Shown in pieces: positions 1 to 13,129 of a stretch of 64,000 nt of DNA. Source of the stretch: Schmidtea polychroa (Eukaryota). Both the position numbers and the translations under genes were made by a program. Below the pieces are notes generated by a model. That model was not told the origin of the DNA and did not search any database. It saw nothing but the letters and a program-made list of their open reading frames with translations. The stretch is from positions 208,258,001 to 208,322,000 of the forward strand of contig CM097885.1 of the NCBI GenBank assembly GCA_044892525.1, written 5' to 3'. Each line of letters starts with the position of its first letter. The stretch's first letter is position 1.

Positions 1-2232
1 GATTTTGGGTTTCATACTTTATGATTTTATATTTATAATTTTTGTACTCTACCGTTTATGAACTTCTAGTCAGCTTTACATGACTTTTATGAGTTACTTC
101 TATGGGATCATCTTAGTTATTCAACATGTTTTCGGTTTGGTTGGTAACTACTCATAAATTATATTTCCTGAAGTTCTACATTTATATATAATTAGTTATA
201 AAAAATTTTATACACAAAATTTATAATTCTAATCGGGATTTACTGTTCATAAACTATATTTCCTGAAGTTCACATTAGTTATAAAAATTTCTATAAACCA
301 AATCTAGAATTTTAATCGGGATTTATCCATTAATGCTTTACATCAATATAATTATATCTAAGATCATATAGTTATTTATATAAATTATGACTAAGTCTTT
401 ACACATTCATGAATATTTTAAAGTGGGAATTCGAAGTTTAACCTTTCGGATTTAGAACATCTATATTTACATTGAATTAATTTATCTAGATTGAGTTATA
501 CTTATACGTATGCCGAATATCTCTCTTATTTCTATTACTTTATCATAAACTCCTATTACAAAATCTAATTCGGCATATGTCTAGGTATAACTGAGATTGC
601 TATTACTGATCAACCAACTACATGAGTGTGAGTGCAGAATTGTGTAAGTTTATAATATTAATAATGCACGTCTGCATGCCCTATACATTTTAATAAATTG
701 GATGCAGGACTGAACAACGACGCAGGAATACCAGTACGCCGTTGAACATTCGTACATCACTTAAAGAAAATTAAATTTAAAAAACATCAAAATATAAAAT
801 TACTTTAATCTCAACATAGATAAATCGTAACTACATAATAAAAAATTTAATCATATGTACTCACTGTTTAAGTTAGAAAGGTTTCGTTCAAAATTTGGCA
901 TGAAAAGATTGATTTGTGACCGAAACGTGTCGGTATATATACCTATTTTGTACACGTGTATGTATTGATTCATTAAAACAAACTCGAATTCTTTTTATTC
1001 CAGAATTTTCTATTTTGCGATTTTGATATTTTTAATGGCAATTTTTGTGCCATAATTTTTGTTTTTATTTTTAAACTTTTATTTTTTAATTATTTTGCGT
1101 TAATTTGACGTCCATGATGGATTTGGAACGGTTCCAGAACATTCCATGTTAATTTTAATTTTATTTTTATTTTAATTGATGTTTATGAATTTCTTTTTAA
1201 GATTTTTTATTCTTAATACTAATTTATTTATTTCCCTAACTTTTATTATTCTAGATGGCTTTTGTGATGGTCATCGCCATTTTTATGGAATGTTCTGGGT
1301 TTTTCTGGAATTTTTTACTGTTTTTACCGTCTTTTAAGTTATTCGAGTCTGTTTTTTGTAATTCTATGTTTATTTGGATATTTTGAGTTTGATTTTGCAT
1401 AACTTCTTGCTTTTGGTATAATTTTATTTAATTTCTGTGTTTATTTTTTGTTGTTTTCTCCTTTAATTAAAACCAAAAATTTGGCATAAGAGTAAGAATA
1501 TTCATTTGCATTTTTTTCCTTGAAAAGTGACGAAATGTGTTAATATATAGCCTCTGTTTGACGTGTAAGTATACATGCGTGCATTGATGCAGTAAAACAA
1601 ATTCGGATTATTTTAATTCTCGAACATTCGATTTTGATGGCGATTTTTCAGTAAGAATTTTTTTTTTATTTTTGGAATTTTGTTTTTGAATTATTTTTTA
1701 TTAAATTTGCCTCCATGATGGATTTCAGCATTTCCAGAACATTCCATGCTAAATTTAATCTATTTCTTATTTTTAAATTGTTTTTTATGATTTCTTTTCT
1801 AAAATTTTTATTTTTTAAACTAAAATATTTATTTTTTATAAATTTTATTGGGTCGTTTGGCGGTGATGATGGATTTCGCCATTTTTATGAATTGTTCTGG
1901 ATTTTTATTCAAAATATCGATATAATTTTATGGAGATTTTTTTTAATTTTCTTTTTTAATTTTTACTAATCGCCTTTATTCGAATTTTTTTGGTTGTTTT
2001 ATGTCTTTCGGTTATATTTGAGTAAGTTTTTGTGTAATTCTCCTTGCTCGTGTTTTATTTTATTTTTAATTCAGATGTTTTATTTTTAGGTATATTATCT
2101 CTATTATCATTGTTTACTTGGTGTTTTATATATTTTTATTTAAGTAAACTTAATGCTGGGTATGCGTGTTGTGTACTGACACATTTCGTCCCATTCCTAA
2201 CTTTGGGTTTAGAAATCAGTTCTAGCCCAACA
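1..2232 (-). repeat. Long dispersed LTR-like repeat, inverted copy of 44492-~46100; contains an internal ~600-bp diverged tandem duplication (~920-1500 vs ~1540-2140)
   Basis: Colinear reverse-complement matches: 705-745 with 45506-45552, 610-650 with 45890-45935, 915-1000 with 45080-45175, 2150-2232 with 44492-44545. Starts TGTTGGGCTAG on the minus strand at 2232. The two internal units share ATCCATGATGGATTT..TTCCAGAACATTCCATG and CGCCATTTTTATG..TTGTTCTGG. Confidence 0.8.
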
Positions 2233-2649
2233 TTGGGAATACCCTTGTTTTATTATTTCAAGAATGCAAGTCTTAATTTATTTTTTGTGTATGTACACAA
2301 ATTCGCTGTTACAAAAAAAAATCTCAGTATACTGGTTGGATTCCTAAATTTAAAAATTCTATGCAGGTGTTTTTTTATCCAATAGTTATGAATTTTTTTT
2401 GTAACATATAAATTTGTAATAACATATATTTTAGCATTTTGTGGAGGCCATCGCAAGAGCGCAGACCATATTTAGTAAAATAGAAAAAAAATATTGTGTG
2501 GAATTGTGAAATAGTAAACAAAAATATTTAAATAAATTTTAATTTAAAAGGAATCGATTTTATTAAATTTTTAAAGGTAATTAATAAGGAGTTAATTTTT
2601 GGTAATTAAGTAAGACTATATTTTGAAAAATAAATTTCAGTCCTAAACT

Positions 2650-4270
2650 ATGTCAGGTGAAAATATAAAAACAATTCGGAAGAGAAAGTTTATTTCTTTA
2701 GAAGTAAAAATACAAATTTTAGATCGTCTGCTAAAAGGAGAAAAAGCATCACACATTGCAAAAACCCTAAATTTAAATGAGGCGACAGTCCGCACAATTA
2801 AGAAAAATGAGAAGGAAATAGGAGTGTTGTTGTTGCAGGATCTTCGAAATCCGCAAAGTTTTCATCTCGCCCCCGTGTGCCAATAATTCAAAAAATGGAG
2901 AAAGCACTTAGCATTTGGATTGATGATAGCTGTCAGAAATAGATTCCATTGGACAGTAATATAATTAGGCAAAAAGCTCTTAAAATTTATAACCATCTTA
3001 AACAAAATGGAGAATCTTCTTTGAACCCAGATTTTTTAGCCAGTAAAGGTTGGCTTGAGAAATTTAAAGTGTTTTTCACTTCACAATATAAAAATTCAAC
3101 GTGAAATTTCATCACTAGATCATGAAGCTGCCAGGTCATATCCAGAAAAGTTTAAAAAAATAATTGAAGAGCAAGGATACACATCAAAACAAGTTTTTAA
3201 CGCCGATGAAATTGGGCTTTGGTGGAAAAAATGCCTAATAGAACATTTATATCAAAAAATGAAAAAAAACTGCACCTGGATTTAAGGTATCAAAAGATCT
3301 TGTAACGTTACTTTTGTGCAGTAATGCCTTGGGAGATTATATGACAAAACCCATGATAATTAATAGATCTTTGAATCCCCGTGCACTTAAAGGCATAATT
3401 AAAAACGCTTTACCGGTATATTGGAAAGCAAATTCAAACTTTTGGGTAACTGCTGATTTATTTAGAAATTGGTTTGTAAATTGTTTTGTTCCAGAGGTAG
3501 ACACTTATTTAAAGCGCAATAATTTAGATTTCAAGGCGCTATTACTAGTAGATAATGCGCCAGGTCACCCGCAAGACTTATGTCATCCTAACGTCCAAAT
3601 AGTGTTTCTACCTCCTAATACCACTTCATTGCTACAGCCTTTGGATCAAGGTATTATTTATACCTTTAAGACTTATTACATAAGAAGATCATTACAATGG
3701 ATTTTAGACATAACTGATTCAAAATCTATTGATGTAAAGGAAGCTTGGAAGCAATTTTCAATTAAAGACTGCATCGATATCATATCCTTATCGCTGAAAG
3801 AACTGAAAATTACAACATTAAATCAATGTTGGAAAAAGATATGGCCAGCAGTAGTTGAGATAGAAAACGTGCATGAATCAGGAGAAAATGAAATTGGTGG
3901 CATATTAGAACTTGCTAGGTCGATCGGAGGAGAAGGGTTTGTGGATATGGCTATTGAAGATGTGCAAGACTTATTAGTGGAACAAGATGTTGGGGAAGCA
4001 GATTTGGTAGAAATTGCATCCGAACCCCAAGTGAATGAAATCGATTCTAACTCTGATGAAGATAATGAAGTTAATAATTTGACACTAAAAAAATTACAGG
4101 AAGGATTAGACTTGGCCAAAAAATTGGAATTATTGTTCTTGGATGTAGACCCTTGCGCTGAAAGAAACCGAAAATTCAAAAAGGAATTACAAAATTGCCT
4201 ATCACTATATCAAGAAATTTACAACAACCTTGAAAGGATAAGGAAACAAAGCAAGATTACGGATTTTTAA
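2650..4270 (+). mobile_element. Tigger/pogo (Tc1/mariner superfamily) transposase pseudogene, frameshifted
   Basis: N-terminal CENP-B-like HTH (KRKFISLEVKIQIL..IAKTLNLNEATVRTIKKN), second HTH (IPLDSNIIRQKAL..ASKGWL), and DDE_1 domain (VFNADEIGL, LLLVDNAPGH, FLPPNTTSLLQPLDQGII). Split over ORFs 2650, 3055 and 3314 by frameshifts. Confidence 0.95.
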
Positions 4271-4439
4271 AAGATATCAGCAGGTGAACAAAATATAAAT
4301 GCATGTTCAGAAAGTGAAGATGATATTATTCAGCCGAAAAAACGTTCCCATTTAATTGAATTGAGCAGCGATGATGAAGAAAATTGCTAAACTAAATTCA
4401 TAATATACATTCATATATATTTATGCCGATTTTTGAAAG

Positions 4440-4719
4440 AAACCTGAGATCGATTAACATCAAAAGTAAATAAAATGAGAATCTCGGAAGGCCATTATCA
4501 TGACAGCATTAAGAGACAGCATCTCATAAGGTGAATATTATCTTTTGTCAATGCATCAACACCGAGCGGAGAATCGGTCAAACTTTAACTTTGATTATTG
4601 ATTGTTTATTGTTGAGAAAAATATATTTTGTGATTCAAATATACGTTGGGTAGTTTATTGTTTTGATTAAAAGGACACGAGGAGTCAGACGTTACCGACT
4701 TAAATTTGCTAAAACCCAA
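4440..4719 (+). mobile_element. 3' part of LTR-like unit
   Basis: Carries ATATACGTTGGG..AAGGACACGAGGAGTCAGA..CCGACTT..AAACCCAA, the family 3' end; reverse complement aligns with 49962-50200. Confidence 0.7.
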
Positions 4720-5061
4720 AATTTCCATTAAGGGAAAATTAACAAAAAAATTATTTTCAACGAAACCTATCACTGAATTTGGAAATTTGACTAATTAAAT
4801 ATTTTTAAATAGAATATTTTATTTAATTTTCAAAATTTTTAATCTTTATCTGAATGAAATAAAATTAACCATGAATCAACAGATGTATAGAACATCAACC
4901 TCCACGTGTAATCGTAATTGGAACACGAAACTTCTTTTAAAAACTAATGCACAATTAATAATAAAATCAGCAAATCAGATTTGAATATACATAATTTACA
5001 ACATATACATAATTAATTGTAAATCGGAATTCGAGGAGGAATTCTAATAAAATTGGAGATA

Positions 5062-5761
5062 TGCTGGGGTTATACAAAATATATGAAATAAAATATTTTA
5101 AAAACAATTACAAATTATCAAAATAAATTAAAATTAATTAAAAATTGGAAAAAGGTAAAAACCAATATAATCAATTAATTGGCTAATGGGAAACCCGAGC
5201 AAATGAGAAGCCTGAGCTAATGGAGAATCCAAGCGATGAAGAAAACCCAAGCACGACAATTTGGAAGGGTAAACAAAAGAAGGGGAATTACGAAGAGGGT
5301 TAACAGAAATAGCTAATAAGGGAATGATAACCAAAGACGTCAAAACCAATTAGGTCAAAATGGGGCAATTACACCGATTATGGGAGTATATAAGAAAACT
5401 CAAAATTCACATAATCGGCGATAGCCTTAGGTAGGGAAGAAGAAACTGATAGTAGGAGTTAAAGGAAAAAATTAAAAGAAGAAAAGGATTATAAGACAAG
5501 GAGTGTTAAAAGAGATTGGATCAGAGAGCGGAACCGAATCGAAAGGTGAACTTATTTTTAAAATCGTACAAGGTTGAGACCTTTCAGAGGGAGTTCAATC
5601 AGAAATTGTGTGAGAATTGTGGTTAACTAAAAGTATAATTAATTGTTGAGAGTTGTAAATTTTCTATAAACAAATATACGTTGGGAGTTTGTGTTTTTTG
5701 ATTTTGGAACACGTGGAGTCAGAGTAACCAACGGTTGATTTTGATATCATAAAACCCAACA
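5062..5761 (+). mobile_element. Complete solo-LTR-like unit (TG...CA, ~700 bp)
   Basis: Begins TGCTGGGG and ends AAACCCAACA. A-rich U3-like part with ~17-nt AATGGGAAACCCGAGC-like tandem repeats, TATATAA at ~5387, GGAACACGTGGAGTCAGA near the 3' end. No TSD, PBS or PPT seen. Confidence 0.7.
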
Positions 5762-6286
5762 CAGAGTTCAACAAATATGAAACACCAATTGGCTGAAGAT
5801 AAAAATTGTCAATTGAAAAGAATTAAATAAATGCAGTGAACGAGACGAGTAATTTAGAGAAGAGAAATAAACAAGATTGTGTTTTGATTTTGAGAACGAT
5901 AACTATCGGTTAATTACTCATTCATGAAGCAGTATAACCAATTTGAACAATTTGGAAATAAAGATTTTGTTGGGATTTGAGTTTTATTCTTTTAATTACT
6001 GAGTACGAGGAGTCGGATTGAAATTTAGTTCCATGGACAAACATATAAATACTGTAATGCATTGTAATTCCTTATTATTTTTTTGTTAGTTGTATGGTTC
6101 AAATGTGAATTACAATCATACACGTTGCACGTGGAGAAGAATTTGTTGGTTACTTATTTTTTTTATTAAAAAAAAACTATATAGCGATAATTTACCAAGG
6201 TAAATTATCGCTATAGAAAATAGATTTAAAAAAAATTTTAAGAATTAAAAAATCAATACGAAGAATTAACTGAAAGTTTGCGTCAA

Positions 6287-6558
6287 AATTAACTATCCTA
6301 TTATCTATCCTATTATCTAATCTATAATTCTCCTATTCAATTTTGGAATCCAAGACCAACTAATTATCTTCGAGGATTTAGAATACTGCAAAGAATCCCA
6401 ATTTTATTCCGAAAATCATCAAAATTAACTATTCTATTATCTATTCTATTATCTAAGCTATTATCCTCCTATTCAATTTTGGAATTCAAGATCAACTAAT
6501 TATCTTCGAGGATTTAGAACACTGTAAAGAATCCCAATTTTATTCCGAAAATCATCAA
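6287..6558. repeat. Tandem duplication, 2 x ~135 bp
   Basis: AATTAACTAT(C/T)CTATTATCTA...ATTATCTTCGAGGATTTAGAA...TTATTCCGAAAATCATCAA occurs twice back to back. Confidence 0.9.
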
Positions 6559-9030
6559 GTCATTATTTGTTAAATCGTATCATATAATTATAGTTATATC
6601 ATATATTTTTTATTCGGAATAATACATATATAACATAAAGATATAATATGTATAACATCATATAATTATAGTTATATCATATATTTTTATTCAGAATAAT
6701 ACATATAGNNNNNNNNNNNNNNNNNNNNNNNNNNNNNNNNNNNNNNNNNNNNNNNNNNNNNNNNNNNNNNNNNNNNNNNNNNNNNNNNNNNNNNNNNNNN
6801 NNNNNNNNNNNNNNNNNNNNNNNNNNNNNNNNNNNNNNNNNNNNNNNNNNNNNNCATAATTGGTGTCAGAAGATAAAACAACAAAAACACACACGCACTC
6901 GGCATTTGTTCTTTCAATCACGAAACCTGTCAGTATAGTTATTATAGAACTATAAAGGCTAGTGACACTGTTGGCCGAACACAGTAGGCCATATCCTTCA
7001 GATAAACTATTATATTTTTTTTAACACAACAACAAAACAAATAAATAGTAGAATATATAGTAGAATAAATCTCAACCCTAACACCAACAAGGCAAACACA
7101 CATTCAACACATGAAAGCAGTAGTCATTATTACAACCCCGAAAATTGTATAATATTGACAAATAAACAAAGGATAAATATACATGTGGACAATAATCAAT
7201 AATATCTATGTGATTATTGGGATAAACATTATTATATTGTGATAACTTATATTTGATTATTAACAATTTGGATGTGATTGATTAACTTATTTATTTATTA
7301 AGCTGTAATAATATATTTTATTTTTATTGATTTATTAATTCTTGGTGATATCTTATATTAAAAAATAAACCAATTTACAATTTCATTCAAAAGTTATGAA
7401 TAATACTAATATATTCTATTTTAATTTTCTGAGCGTTATTATCGGTTAGTTGTTACTTGTTATTATAATTATTGGTTTAGAGAAAAATAAGTTTCTTTTG
7501 GCTTAAATGTTTTCCGAATTGGGTCATTTGTAGCNNNNNNNNNNNNNNNNNNNNNNNNNNNNNNNNNNNNNNNNNNNNNNNNNNNNNNNNNNNNNNNNNN
7601 NNNNNNNNNNNNNNNNNNNNNNNNNNNNNNNNNNNNNNNNNNNNNNNNNNNNNNNNNNNNNNNNNNNNNNNNNNNNNNNNNNNNNNNNNNNNNNNNNNNN
7701 NNNNNNNNNNNNNNNNNNNNNNNNNNNNNNNNNNNNNNNNNNNNNNTTGTAAACATTTTCCTATTTCTGAAAATTTTGTAATATTGTTGACATTTGCTCA
7801 TCCTCATCTGAGAGAGCATTAATTAAATTTTTATATTCCTCATTATTTTGATTGACAATATCGAAAGCGTTATCTATGAAGTCTGATATATTAAAAATAT
7901 GCTGGAAAAACTAAGTATTAAAAAATATTTCAAACTCTAATAAATTTTATTTTCACTAAATTTTTTAAACAAATATAAATTATCTTTATTTCTAATAGAT
8001 CAACTGAATATTTAAACACATTTTCATTTTTAAGTTAATTTAAGTTAAATTTCTCTTTTAACCCATTTTTAATTTACTTAAATTTTCCTTTACATAAAAA
8101 AATAAGTTTTTTACAAAATCAAAAAAATATATGTTTTTTAACATAACATATAATTTTTCCAGGTTCTATTGCTATCACCATAACAAATGGAAACCAGGCG
8201 GCGCAAACCNNNNNNNNNNNNNNNNNNNNNNNNNNNNNNNNNNNNNNNNNNNNNNNNNNNNNNNNNNNNNNNNNNNNNNNNNNNNNNNNNNNNNNNNNNN
8301 NNNNNNNNNNNNNNNNNNNNNNNNNNNNNNNNNNNNNNNNNNNNNNNNNNNNNNNNNNNNNNNNNNNNNNNNNNNNNNNNNNNNNNNNNNNNNNNNNNNN
8401 NNNAAGAATATCAGCAAAACATATTGAGAAATCATATTTAATTGTTTTGGGTTAAACTATTTTGTTTAAAATATTTCTGATGAGATAAATCGATTTTTAT
8501 TGCCAAGTGAATATTAGAAGATGTTGTTACTTTTCAGTGTTGCGTTTTGTTGTCGATCTTATTAACATTAGTGCACAGTGGCACAATTCGACAAAAAATA
8601 ATAAACACAAAATCGATTTAAAATCAGTTTGCTCCTTTTGTTTATTTTTGTGTTTTGTACTGAATAAATAACAAAAATTAAATTGTTGTAAATTAAGATT
8701 TAACATTTTACCAATATTTTATCTTCAAGATCTTCTTTTATTTAGAATTCTTCCGACCAAACTTTTGAAAAATTAACATTTACTTAAAATAATTTTAATA
8801 TATTTTTTTAATGAAAAAAAGTTAATGAAATTCATTCAATAAACATCCTTAATAACAAAAATATCTTTGAACTGTTTTTATCTTACAGTTATTGATTAAT
8901 GTGTAAATTGAATGTTTTTTGATTAAATTATTAGAAATAATTGTTGAAAGGACTTTTATTGATTAATTTTGATGATTAATTGTTTTAGATCAATTTTGTC
9001 TATGAATAACAAAATAAAATACATTAAATA

Positions 9031-9160
9031 TGCTGGATAAAGGGATAATCCCAAAAATAGTAACAATTAAAATCTGCACTTTCTAAAACAGAAATTTTAC
9101 TGACTTTTGACGAAACAAAGTGTGTTGACATTCGAAATGGAGTGTCAAAAGAAATTTCAT
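9031..9160 (+). repeat. LTR-like 5' terminus (TGCTGGATAA type) shared with 25310-25445
   Basis: TGCTGGATAA..CCAAAAATAGTAACAA..CTGCACTTT..TTGACATTCGAAA.GGAGTGTCAA..TATATAAG is present at both loci. Confidence 0.75.
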
Positions 9161-10240
9161 ATATAAGTAGACTGATTTCTCAGTCAAATCACCCTAAAAT
9201 AAAAGCTTTCAAGAAGAATTGCAAATTCAGAAATTGATATTGCAATATAATTTAGAGCATACAAAAATTACATAACCTAGCTCAAGCAACTAGAGAACAT
9301 AATAAGAAAGATAAAATAAAATAATTATATATATTTTATTTAAAAGGTGATTTTTATTTTTTTGTATAACTATTATTGATAAATAAAGTTTTTGAACCAG
9401 TGTTTGTGTTCGTATTTATATAGTTATCATCAATTTGAGATTTGAGCCATCAACACCAGCATGATTAATTGGAAGAGGTGGAGAAAGATTATCGCGAGGA
9501 AGGTACATTGTAGGATAATTAATTTTTTAGGGCGAAATCATGAACGAAAGTCTCATAAGGAAGTTTCAGACAAAGGCGATTTGATTTGAAAACCATTCAT
9601 CAAATAGATTATTCTACTATATAAGGTAAGTCGAAATTAGAAACCACTGACATTTCCCTCAGATAGAAACGAAGAACTTGAAAGAAATTCATTGGAAGTA
9701 GACAAAACGAAAGATTAAGCGAAGTCAATAGATCAATTAAGATGGAATATGGAAAAACGTATGACGCGCACAAAATTCAAAATTTAAAAATTGTACATCA
9801 AACTTGACAAGATTAGTTAAATTTACTAATTTTTAATTCAAATTATTGTGTGTGATTTAAAAATTAGAATATTTGTATTTCTTACATTACCGTAGATGTT
9901 TTATTTTTAAAATTTAATATAGTCTTATACCAATTTAGATAGAAATCGATAGAAATTTAACATTATTATTATTGAATTAAAAAGAGAGTTTGAAGACTAA
10001 ATCAGTAATATATCGATGTTTGTTGATACTCACGGATTTTCGGCACTGCCTTTTTCAAGTGAATTTAAAACCCTGTTTTTCCAAACAACTTAATAAAAGG
10101 AAATTGAATTGTGGATATTTTAACATTTATTTCAAATTTAAATGTTAATCAGTCAATTAAGTGCGAAATTTATTTGTTTACAATCATATTTATATTTCTT
10201 ACTAGAATTATTGACTATCTAAAATACGTAAGCAGCTTAA

Positions 10241-10472
10241 CCCTTAAATGCATGATTTTTCCTTTTTTAATACTATAAATTGACACAGATAAATAATTAA
10301 GCATAGATAAAGGGAAAAATAACTGCCATATTGTGACAGCTTGCGTTCAGAAACTAAGATAAATATTTTTAGCACCTAATAAAAGCAAAAAATACTGTGT
10401 TTGAGTTACCGTTTAGAAATTATTTAAGGACAAATACACTGATGTATAAATACATCATCATGCATTTAAGGG
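10241..10472. mobile_element. piggyBac-type MITE (232 bp)
   Basis: Perfect 16-bp TIRs CCCTTAAATGCATGAT / ATCATGCATTTAAGGG, flanked by TTAA on both sides (10237-10240, 10473-10476). TTAA TSD plus CCC termini is the piggyBac signature. Confidence 0.9.
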
Positions 10473-10599
10473 TTAATTATGTTTATTTAGAATCTTAAAT
10501 ATTAAATAATAATATTTTTTAGTTTATAAGTTTTTCATTTCTTATTAAAAGATTAGTAAAAGTGCAATAAAGAATTGCAAATAAAGCAAAAAAAAATTT

Positions 10600-10665
10600 A
10601 GGTGTGCTGCGAAAATTTTAATTCAGCCAAGTGTGCCGTGGTTCAAAAAAGTTTGGACAACACTG
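10600..10665. mobile_element. Orphan hAT (Charlie/Buster-like) right terminus
   Basis: GTGTGCCGTGGTTCAAAAAAGTTTGGACAACACTG resembles a Charlie-type 3' end; the partner end was not found. Confidence 0.5.
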
Positions 10666-10807
10666 ATATAAATAATCAATAATTAGCATACTTTCGTTTG
10701 ATGTAAAATTTTCCGTCTGCTGTTTGTTGAAAAACACAAAAGTAAAATAAATAATTAAAATTAAATAGATTGAATTAATTTAATAATCAATATTCCTTTC
10801 TAAAACT

Positions 10808-11690
10808 ATGAAAAGAAAAACATGTGTGACATCATTTAAAGACGAGTGGCTGGATGAGTTAGTAGAAACAAACACACCAAATTCACGCAATGCAGAACGT
10901 GTTCAACTTCGGAATATTTTTATTTTTGAACAGGGTAACGGTCTCATTTGCTTGTATTGCCAAATTGCGAAAGTTACCGAAGAATTTTCCACCGGCAAAA
11001 CTTGGGATGAGATGTGGAAGCTCGATTATTTAAAACGTCATCTAACGAGTAAATGTCATCAAGCTGGAGTTAATTTGCTGAAAAATCGAAATCCTGCATT
11101 GGGATTAAGTGTACTTGGAATGCTTTTAGAAACTCCAGCTGAAAAGGCTATCTAATTTTGAGCGCAAACGTTCAAATCCGGACCAAATAAAAGAAATTAT
11201 TGATAGTGTCTTGTTTGCAGTAAAAATTAACAGCTCTATGCTTTTTGTTCAAGAAATTAATGAGCACATGGTAAAGTATCCGTGAGTACCAGAATGTTGG
11301 AAGTAAAAACTACGCGTTTGAATTTTTGGAAGAAATTAACAGTTGTACAAGGTGACGTCATGAATGAAATAGCATCGTCTGCTTTCTACACTTTAACAGT
11401 GGATGAAAGTACAGACATTTCCGTTAACAAAATGTTAATTCTTTATTTTAAATATCGGCCACTAAATTCCACAGAGTATAAGACTTCGTTTGGAGGGATT
11501 ATACAATTAAAAGCTTATAAAATAGACTTAGCACGCATAGTAATTTTTATGTTGTAATGGGCATTCGTGAAGCTCGGCAAAAATAACAGAGTTCCAGCGT
11601 TATATTCCACATTTATTTCAACAACATTGCGTTGCACACCGTGAACACTTAAGTATCAGTGATTCTTGGAAAGAAGTTAAGAGATATCGA
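10808..11690 (+). mobile_element. hAT transposase remnant (ZNF862/C17orf113-like)
   Basis: SFKDEWL..LICLYC..WKLDYLKRHLTSKCH zinc-finger-like N-terminus, FYTLTVDESTDISVNKMLILYFKY first catalytic D, and QHCVAHREHLS (CxxH) at ~11620-11650. Multiple stops and frameshifts. Confidence 0.85.
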
Positions 11691-11788
11691 AACGTTACAC
11701 AGAACTTTATACACAACATCTGAATACCCACGTTTTCATCTGCTATCTATCAAATCACTTTATAACTCATTTACTACCTTTCTAGCAC

Positions 11789-12547
11789 ATGTCCGAACCG
11801 AATCACCCAAAGTCTGGCCCACGGCCATCTTTCTCGTGCGCAGACAAAAATGCGACGATCCGACAATTGAACGATAACATCGGGGTTCTGATGAAGCGAA
11901 TCGACACGTTAAAAGGCACGTGGTTCTCCCCGCCACTCATGAAGGAATCAAATAGAAAAATCTTACGCTTGAATCACTGTAGAGGAAAGTCGGTGTCAGC
12001 GCCTCACTATCAAGGCCCAGTTCGAGGCTCTCCATCGCATTTATTCAGAAGCAGAGCTGAAAAATAAGATTAACGAGTTTCCGATCATCGACAAATCGAA
12101 CGTTTTTCCAATCCATCACCATGCCGATGAAACTAGTGTTCAGACAACGGCGATTTGCCGAAATCATGGCCCTGAAACGTCCCCTTCAATTATACACGAT
12201 GTCATCTTTGTGAGTACCAGCGTGTTATCAACCCAACAGTCTAACGCAATGACATCACCGACAGTCCCAGTGGCTACCACTATCATTCCCATTCAACCAA
12301 CTCCTCTGAAGCGCAAGCGCCTCACCCGTGCCGAGCGCTCAAAGAAACGTCGGGATGAAATCACAGTCATGGAAGCAACGTTATTTGCTGTCCCAGGCCC
12401 AGGGAGAAAAGGATCCATATATCCAACACAGGCCTGGCTAATCTTCCTCAATACCGGGTAGTACCCGTTTCGGAATCTACGTTGTTTCCTGATTCCCAAT
12501 CGGAGATGGATGTCGCTGCACTTCTGAACGAACCTGACGAGTTTTAA
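11789..12547 (+). pseudogene. Family-X ORF (coiled coil / basic / acidic tail), frameshifted copy A
   Basis: RPSFSCADKNATIRQL..IDTLKGTWFSP..MKE; shifted frame RLTIKAQFEALHRIYSEAELK..NVFPIHH; KRKRLTRAER; C-terminus SEMDVAALLNEPDEF*. Aligns by eye along its length with 56080-56829 and 51065-51561. Confidence 0.8.
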
Positions 12548-12856
12548 TGAATAGGCCGCGTTGACCGCCCTCCGGGAAACGTTCATGGCATGATTAACTA
12601 TTCCTCGTATTGTGTGATCTTATTGTTTTCCTATGAACATTCTGTGCACTTGGTTTAATATATGTAATTTCTAAATGTCTTGTCTGAAATGACCCTAAAT
12701 ACAATTCTATATCGTATGTTTTTGTTGCATCGACGGTGTCTAGGAATGATAGAATATTTACGATCTAACAATCGCGCAAAAGAGAAAGAAAGTGGTTAGG
12801 AACACCCTCAGTTGGACCAGAGGAGTGTCGGTAGATCGATATGATTTAATAAGGAA

Positions 12857-12998
12857 GATGTAAGTCCTTCTATCGGCAATCTAGAACCCGAAAGGAGAAT
12901 ACCATGATGAGTATTCTTAACACAGGGGCTCGCCTGCTCATGAATTCCAACCCATGTGTACATTACCAACATGATCGATATCATGGGTGCACATGTGG
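12857..12998 (+). ncRNA. Conserved structured non-coding module, copy A (candidate cis-acting RNA)
   Basis: Core CATGTGTAC-ATTACCAA-CATGAT(CGAT)ATCATG-G-GTGCACATG at 12953-12995; five homologues in the window with compensatory changes. Confidence 0.7.
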
Positions 12999-13129
12999 AA
13001 GTAAAGACAATAATCATAATGGGCGTTTAGGAAGGAGTCCTTCTGAACAGTTATCATTGACCCTAACGACCACCATCACGACACATCCCTAAGCGCCCAA
13101 AAATTTGATTGCAATTAAATAAAATTATT

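Noticed and set aside
6287-6558. CRISPR-like interpretation of tandem arrays (also 46321-46710, 60640-61540)
   Set aside because: Whole units are duplicated without unique spacers, there are no cas genes, and the context is eukaryotic.
6687-8441. ORFs spanning N runs (6687, 6691, 7469, 8131, 8175, 8187; also 18688)
   Set aside because: They are open only because N codons contain no stops.
12533-12590. CTGACGA..GAAA suggestive of a hammerhead core (also 32017)
   Set aside because: No stem II/III geometry; the 12533 instance is the coding end of family-X copy A.
12857-12935. Resemblance of AAGATGTAAGTCC to group I intron S, ACACAGGGGCTC to RNase MRP CR-V, and CCTAAGGTAGGGG (33189) to 7SL
   Set aside because: Each match is in one copy only and is not conserved across the six; the required partner elements are absent.
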